Assembly (NCBI GenBank): GCA_965208835.1
Contig: OZ242358.1
Span: forward strand, 4,288,001 to 4,352,000
Length of the DNA stretch: 64,000 nt
Reading direction: 5' to 3'
Source: Candidatus Latescibacterota bacterium
GTDB lineage: Bacteria > Latescibacterota > UBA2968 > GCA-2709665
Part shown: piece by piece, positions 59,187 to 64,000 of the stretch
How positions within the stretch are numbered: the stretch's first letter is position 1
Layout of the letters: every line of letters starts with the position of its first letter
Notes under the pieces: model-generated
Told to the model about the DNA's origin: nothing
Databases searched by the model: none
What the model saw: only the letters and a program-made list of their open reading frames with translations
Program-made: the position numbers and the translations under genes

Positions 59187-61613
59187 CTACAGCATGGAGA
59201 CTGGATCGATGTCCACGTCCAGCGTTACGGCGGCGCGGCGGTTTCGTCCGTATTCCCGCACAGCGCGGCGGGCCAGGACGTTCAGGTGTCTGGAAGAAGG
59301 CGTCTTGAGCACGACCTGCCACCTGAAGCTCTTGCGAATACGGGCAAGCGGCGCCTCCGCGGGACCCATGACGTCAACGTGCGGCAGCGCCATTGCGCGC
59401 AGCGTCTCGGCGCACAGACCCGCGGTACGGGCAACATCATGCTCATGTTTTCCTTTAAAGAGTAACAGGGCCATGCGGCCGAACGGCGGATACAGCACGC
59501 TGCGGCGTCCTTCGAGTTCAAGTTCGGCAAATCTGTGAAAGTCGTGCTGCCGTGCGCACCGTACGGCTTCGCCCTGCGGCAGGTGGGTCTGAATGACGAC
59601 CTCGCCGGGAGCATGTCCGCGTCCGGCCCGGCCGCTCACCTGCGTAAGCAACTGGAACGTGCGTTCTCCTGCTCTGAAGTCCGGGAGATGAATGCCGGTG
59701 TCGGCCGAAATGACGCCCACAAGGGTTACCCCTGGAAAATCCAGGCCTTTGGCCACCATCTGCGTGCCCAGCAGAACGTCCGCATGCCCTTTCCTGAAGG
59801 ATTCGAGGATCCGGTCATGCGCTCCTTTTCTGCGGGTAGTGTCGACGTCCATGCGTAGCAGGCGCATCCCGGAGAATTGTTCTTTGAGGGCTTCTTCCAC
59901 GCGCTGCGTACCCACACCGAGCAGCTTGAGATTGGTTCCCTCACAGGCTCGGCATACGGATGGCGCCGGTGTTTGGAATGCGCAGTAGTGGCACACCATC
60001 CGCCGACCCTGGGCGTGGTATGTAAGCGTGACCCGGCAATTCGGGCATTGTACACTCTCACCGCAATCCGTACACTGCACGAACGGCGCGTAGCCTCTGC
60101 GGTTTTGCAGCAGGATGACGCGTTCCTCTTTTTCAAGACGGTCCTTCAGTTTTTCCCGCAAAATCCCCGAAAACAGCCCGCTCTCTTTCCTCATATCCAC
60201 CAGGGTGACTTCGGGCAGCGGGCGGGAGTCGATCCGTTCCGGCAGTGAGAGCAGATGGGATTTTTCCATATCGACGTTGTGAAAGGACTCGAGCGCTGGC
60301 GTCGCCGAACCCAGAACGATGGGAATATTCTCCATTTTGGCGCGCATCACCGCGACATCCCGCGCGTTGTACCGGGGTGCCGGATCCGACTGTTTGTATG
60401 CGCTGTCGTGTTCCTCGTCCACAACGATCAGGCCCAGGTTGGAAACTGGCGCAAATACTGCGGAACGAGCGCCGATGACAATGGTCCGCCGGCCCTCGCG
60501 GACGTCCCTCCATGCATCGTAGCGCTCGCTTTCCGATAGCGCGCTGTGAATGACGGCGACCCGGTTGCCGAAGTGGGACCTGAAGCGGCGTACTGTTTGC
60601 GGCGTGAGCGAAATCTCCGGTACCAGAATCAGCGCGCCAAGACCGTATCTCAGAACGCGGTCGACAGCCCGGATGTAGACCAGTGTCTTGCCGCTCCCCG
60701 TTACCCCGTGCAGGAGAAAGGAATTGAACCTGGTGGGGTTGAGCGAATCCCCGATTCTCTCCAGGGCTTTCCGTTGATGGACGGTGAGCGTGAGTCGCTC
60801 GGGCTCGGTGGGTTCCACTTCCGCGTATGGATCCCTGCGCACCTCCCGGTGGTAGATACGAACCAGTCGTCGCCCCTCCAGCGCTCTGAGGATGCCGTAT
60901 CCAATCCCCGAGCGGTTCAGTGCCGCGGCAGGCATGACGCCGCCGCTGGCGCGAAGGCGCCTGAGACATTCCGCCTGCCGGGGCGCCCGGCGTTCCAGTG
61001 CAGGGTATTCCACTTCGAACCACCGCGCATCGGGTACCAGTTGAACCATGCGCTCCTGCAGGGGCTTGACACGGGGGTCTTCGATGGTCTGACAGGTTGT
61101 CAGCAAACCCCTTCGAACCAGCGCGTATACGGCACTGCGGACACCGTTCCTGCGCAGTCGCCGCTGCAGTTGGCTGAGGCTGGCCGGTCCGCGCGTCTTC
61201 AGGTGGTCCAGAACCTGCTGTTGAAAGGGGGTAATCGGACCGGGAACAGCGCCGTTGAGGGTGGTAACGGCAATGCGCTGTCCGCTATGTGTATGGATAC
61301 CGGCGGGAAGCGCAGCGGTCAGCACTTCGGACAGCGTACAGACATAGTAGCCCGCCATCCATCGGCAAAGATCGAGGGCGTCTGGTGAGACGACGGCGTA
61401 GGAGTCAAGCAGGATGCCGATCGACTTGACGCTTTCCAGGTCGGTCCGGTCCTGAAAACCAACGACGATGCCGGTCGTCCATCTGGGACCCAGCGGAACG
61501 AGCACCCTGCTTCCTATGTGAATCCGGCGCTTCAGGTCGTCGGGAACCAGATAGGTCATTTCCCGGTCGATTGGTGTGGCGAGGGGGACAATTTGTGCGT
61601 AGTCGAAATCCAT
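59187..61613 (-). CDS. priA: primosomal protein N' (replication restart helicase)
   Basis: GSRV.VP.G, HGVTGSGKT, VPEISLTPQ, DEEH..YKQ, SATP, NRRGY, four CxxC, GTQMVAKGLDFP, GRAGR. Confidence 0.96.
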   Translation of the reverse strand: MDFDYAQIVPLATPIDREMTYLVPDDLKRRIHIGSRVLVPLGPRWTTGIVVGFQDRTDLESVKSIGILLDSYAVVSPDALDLCRWMAGYYVCTLSEVLTAALPAGIHTHSGQRIAVTTLNGAVPGPITPFQQQVLDHLKTRGPASLSQLQRRLRRNGVRSAVYALVRRGLLTTCQTIEDPRVKPLQERMVQLVPDARWFEVEYPALERRAPRQAECLRRLRASGGVMPAAALNRSGIGYGILRALEGRRLVRIYHREVRRDPYAEVEPTEPERLTLTVHQRKALERIGDSLNPTRFNSFLLHGVTGSGKTLVYIRAVDRVLRYGLGALILVPEISLTPQTVRRFRSHFGNRVAVIHSALSESERYDAWRDVREGRRTIVIGARSAVFAPVSNLGLIVVDEEHDSAYKQSDPAPRYNARDVAVMRAKMENIPIVLGSATPALESFHNVDMEKSHLLSLPERIDSRPLPEVTLVDMRKESGLFSGILREKLKDRLEKEERVILLQNRRGYAPFVQCTDCGESVQCPNCRVTLTYHAQGRRMVCHYCAFQTPAPSVCRACEGTNLKLLGVGTQRVEEALKEQFSGMRLLRMDVDTTRRKGAHDRILESFRKGHADVLLGTQMVAKGLDFPGVTLVGVISADTGIHLPDFRAGERTFQLLTQVSGRAGRGHAPGEVVIQTHLPQGEAVRCARQHDFHRFAELELEGRRSVLYPPFGRMALLLFKGKHEHDVARTAGLCAETLRAMALPHVDVMGPAEAPLARIRKSFRWQVVLKTPSSRHLNVLARRAVREYGRNRRAAVTLDVDIDPVSML

Positions 61614-61619
61614 TCCGGA

Positions 61620-62702
61620 TCAACGCACGGGTGGCGGCAACACGGATTCGATCTCTTCAACCCAGACATTGTGTCGGGAAATGAAGAGTCGGCGCTTCAG
61701 ACCGTGTTCTGTAGAGAGGGAAACAGGCTTGTCCTGCAGGAATATGGAGACTGCGGAGGGATCTTCGATTTCCACGCGGAAACCGTTGAGGGCCGTCCAC
61801 TTCCGCTGTGTGCCGGAAAGCAAGCGGTTATCGAAGGTGGATTCGCCGTCGCTAAATACCAGAACGCGGGTGTCCATCAACGCATCAATGCGGAGTACGA
61901 TCTTGTCTTCCCGTATGTCCGAGTACTGCTGCGGAAGCGAATAGGACGACACCACCCGCTCGCTCGGCGACCGATTTACGGCGTTGTTCGGATCACGGGA
62001 CTCAGTACGCGGGAAGTCGGCAGCCGCTTCCTCGATGGGGCTTTCGGGTGCGGCAGGAGGGACCTCGGGAACCGGCGTTGTGGAAGGCTCCGGACCGGAG
62101 TCCGCCGAACGTACCGCGTCTTCCGACTCGGGCGCCTCAGTCGATACGGGCGCTACAGGCGACGAGTCGCGTTGGAGGTACGCAGTATGCGGAGAGTCGG
62201 CAACCGATGCGTGTGAGGGGCTTTCGGGTGCGGCGGGAGGAATCTCGGGGTCCGGCGTTGTGGAATGCTCCGGACCGGAGTCCGCCGCTAGAACCGCGTT
62301 TTCCGACTCGGGTGCCTCAGTCGATACGGGCGCTACAGACGTCGAGTCGCGCCGCAGGAATACCCCGGCAATAACGGCAATTAGCGCCAGGCCGCACAAA
62401 ATCCCCAGAACGCGGCCCATCGGCAGCGATCGTTCGCGCACCCTGCTTGCAACGACCTGAGTGGTCTCCTCAAAGGGCCTGTTTTTTTCGTACTTGGCCA
62501 GCGTCTCCTCGACATCCAGGCCGACTTCCTGTGCGTATTTCTTGACAAACAGCCGAACGTAGACTTCCGGAAGGATGTCGAGGTTGCCGGATTCGATCGC
62601 ACGGAGATACTCGGGGTTGATACGCGTCCGTTCGAACAATTCCTCGAAAGAAATCCCGCTGGACTCACGATGTGCCCGTAACTCTGATGCGAATTCCCGC
62701 AT
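61620..62702 (-). CDS. RodZ-like protein (HTH, TM, Pro-rich linker, DUF4115-like domain)
   Basis: L...RE..GIS.EE....TRI...YL.AIE.G....LP.VY.R.F...YA..VGLD, single TM helix, C-terminal beta domain. Confidence 0.82.
   Translation of the reverse strand: MREFASELRAHRESSGISFEELFERTRINPEYLRAIESGNLDILPEVYVRLFVKKYAQEVGLDVEETLAKYEKNRPFEETTQVVASRVRERSLPMGRVLGILCGLALIAVIAGVFLRRDSTSVAPVSTEAPESENAVLAADSGPEHSTTPDPEIPPAAPESPSHASVADSPHTAYLQRDSSPVAPVSTEAPESEDAVRSADSGPEPSTTPVPEVPPAAPESPIEEAAADFPRTESRDPNNAVNRSPSERVVSSYSLPQQYSDIREDKIVLRIDALMDTRVLVFSDGESTFDNRLLSGTQRKWTALNGFRVEIEDPSAVSIFLQDKPVSLSTEHGLKRRLFISRHNVWVEEIESVLPPPVR
62011..62351 (-). repeat. intragenic tandem duplication, 180-bp (60-aa) period
   Basis: 62037-62171 versus 62217-62351; RDS..VAPVSTEAPESE.AV..ADSGPE.STTP.PE.PPAAPESP occurs twice. 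Confidence 0.9.
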
Positions 62703-62716
62703 TAAAGGCTCCGGAA

Positions 62717-63322
62717 TCAGTCCTTGCAATGCCCGGCGGCATAGATCAACGACGACTCCCCCACCAGGCGTTCGAGGAGTGAGCAGAAGAGTGAAATCGG
62801 CAACCCCACGACGTTGTAGAAACATCCGGAAATGGACTGGACGAACGCGGCCGCCCTGCCCTGAAGCGCATAAGCGCCCGCCTTGTCCATAGGCTCGCCC
62901 GACTGCACATAAAGCTTGATTTCTTCCGGCGTGAGCGTTCTCATAACGACGTCCGTCACGGCCACGTCCCGAAGCGTGCGTCCGCACTCGGAGTCGATCA
63001 ATGTCAGGCCGGTATACACGCGGTGCGTTTTTCCCGAGAGTCTGCTCAGCATTCGAACTGCCTCGTCTTCACCTGCCGGCTTCTCCAGAATGTCGCCGTC
63101 CAGCACGACCACGGTATCCGCGCCAATTACGATTTCGCCGTTGAACCTCGCGGCAACCGCCCGCGCCTTTCGGCCGGAAATCTCGCGCACGTAGTCTGCG
63201 GGTGGAATCGAACTGTCCAGCGCTTCCGAAACATGGCTCGGCACAACGTCGAAGGTTAGGCCGAGCAGGCGCAACAGGTCGGACCGCCTCGGTGACGCCG
63301 AGGCCAGGATGAGTTTTTTCAT
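62717..63322 (-). CDS. maf: Maf-family nucleoside triphosphate pyrophosphatase
   Basis: LILASASPRR, GADTVV, LEKP, LSGKTH, DKAGAY, NVVGLP. Confidence 0.95.
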   Translation of the reverse strand: MKKLILASASPRRSDLLRLLGLTFDVVPSHVSEALDSSIPPADYVREISGRKARAVAARFNGEIVIGADTVVVLDGDILEKPAGEDEAVRMLSRLSGKTHRVYTGLTLIDSECGRTLRDVAVTDVVMRTLTPEEIKLYVQSGEPMDKAGAYALQGRAAAFVQSISGCFYNVVGLPISLFCSLLERLVGESSLIYAAGHCKD

Positions 63323-63369
63323 GGTGGGAAAGGTGCTGCCCGATACGGCGGCGCGGGGACGGCGGCGTG

Positions 63370-63807
63370 CTAGGATTCTACCATCAGGGTAACGGGGCCG
63401 TCGTTGTGAATTTCTACCTGCATATTGGCGCCGAACTGCCCCGTCCGCACGGACACACCCTGGCTTCGCAGCACATCCACGAACTCGTTATAGTACGCCT
63501 CGGCCATCTCTGGCGGTGCGGCACCCGAATAGCCTGGACGACGGCCCTTTCGGGTATCGCCATAGAGCGTGAATTGAGAGACGACCAGAACTTGCCCCCC
63601 GATTTCAGCGAGGGAACGGTTCATCTTGCCCTGCTCGTCTTCAAATATTCGCAGGTGGATGCATTTGCCGGCCACGTACCGAATCTTATCAGGGTTGTCC
63701 CGCCGGCCGACGCCCAGAAGAATCAGCATCCCCCGGCCGATTTCGGCGGTGAGTTCCCCGTTGATGAACACCGCGGAACGGCTGACCCGTTGTACAAGCG
63801 CGCGCAC
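63370..63807 (-). CDS. dtd: D-aminoacyl-tRNA deacylase
   Basis: RALVQRV, LRIFED..GKMN, SQFTL, KGRRP, G.FGA.M.V...NDGPVT. Confidence 0.96.
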   Translation of the reverse strand: MRALVQRVSRSAVFINGELTAEIGRGMLILLGVGRRDNPDKIRYVAGKCIHLRIFEDEQGKMNRSLAEIGGQVLVVSQFTLYGDTRKGRRPGYSGAAPPEMAEAYYNEFVDVLRSQGVSVRTGQFGANMQVEIHNDGPVTLMVES

Positions 63808-64000
63808 CCTGGTTCCTGGAATTCAATGAACGCCACCAAAAGGCGGGTTGCGGTGGAGAAATCCGGTATGAGGCGCAATACAACATACCGATCTGTAATT
63901 TAGCCGATTCGCGAGGGCGAGGCAAGCGAAACAACGGGCTGCGGAACCGGGGGCCGGACGCCGGCATTGAGAGTCCGGAAACCGTCACTTCGCGTCAGTT

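Noticed and set aside
1-64000. CRISPR array, rRNA, prophage genes, transposase
   Set aside because: No regularly spaced repeat-spacer pattern and no recognisable sequence or protein motifs for these classes.
63808-64000. Partial gene at the right edge
   Set aside because: No convincing coding signal; appears to be the dtd upstream region.

Overview
GC-rich bacterial chromosomal segment. Gene content (GWxTD proteins, DUF4159/DUF4175/TPR/MoxR/DUF58 cluster, heparinase II/III-like lyase) suggests an FCB-superphylum organism such as Latescibacterota or a Gemmatimonadota relative; this is inference. In order: partial nfeD, tRNA-Met(CAT), an orphan UPF0175 antitoxin, two divergent catabolic clusters, a DUF4160/DUF2442 pair, DUF362, S9 peptidase, FAD oxidase, argR-C-B-D-G-H with four phased ARG boxes, a primase-like ORF coupled to argH, two GWxTD genes with homologous leaders (one with an in-frame TGA), a ~8.4 kb candidate defence hotspot, the MoxR cluster, a flippase, priA, a RodZ-like gene, maf and dtd. 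The hotspot (37.5-45.9 kb) holds a Zn-ribbon/DUF559-nuclease/RecQ-helicase fusion with a coupled coiled-coil partner, an Abi-like gene and an AAA_21-DUF4276 pair. It appears built from tandem alleles of one locus, each behind a near-identical terminator/promoter hairpin. A ~200-bp MITE-like element with TTAA-type ends occurs in three intergenic copies. No CRISPR array, rRNA, integrase or transposase was seen. All family assignments come from motif recognition by eye, not database searches.
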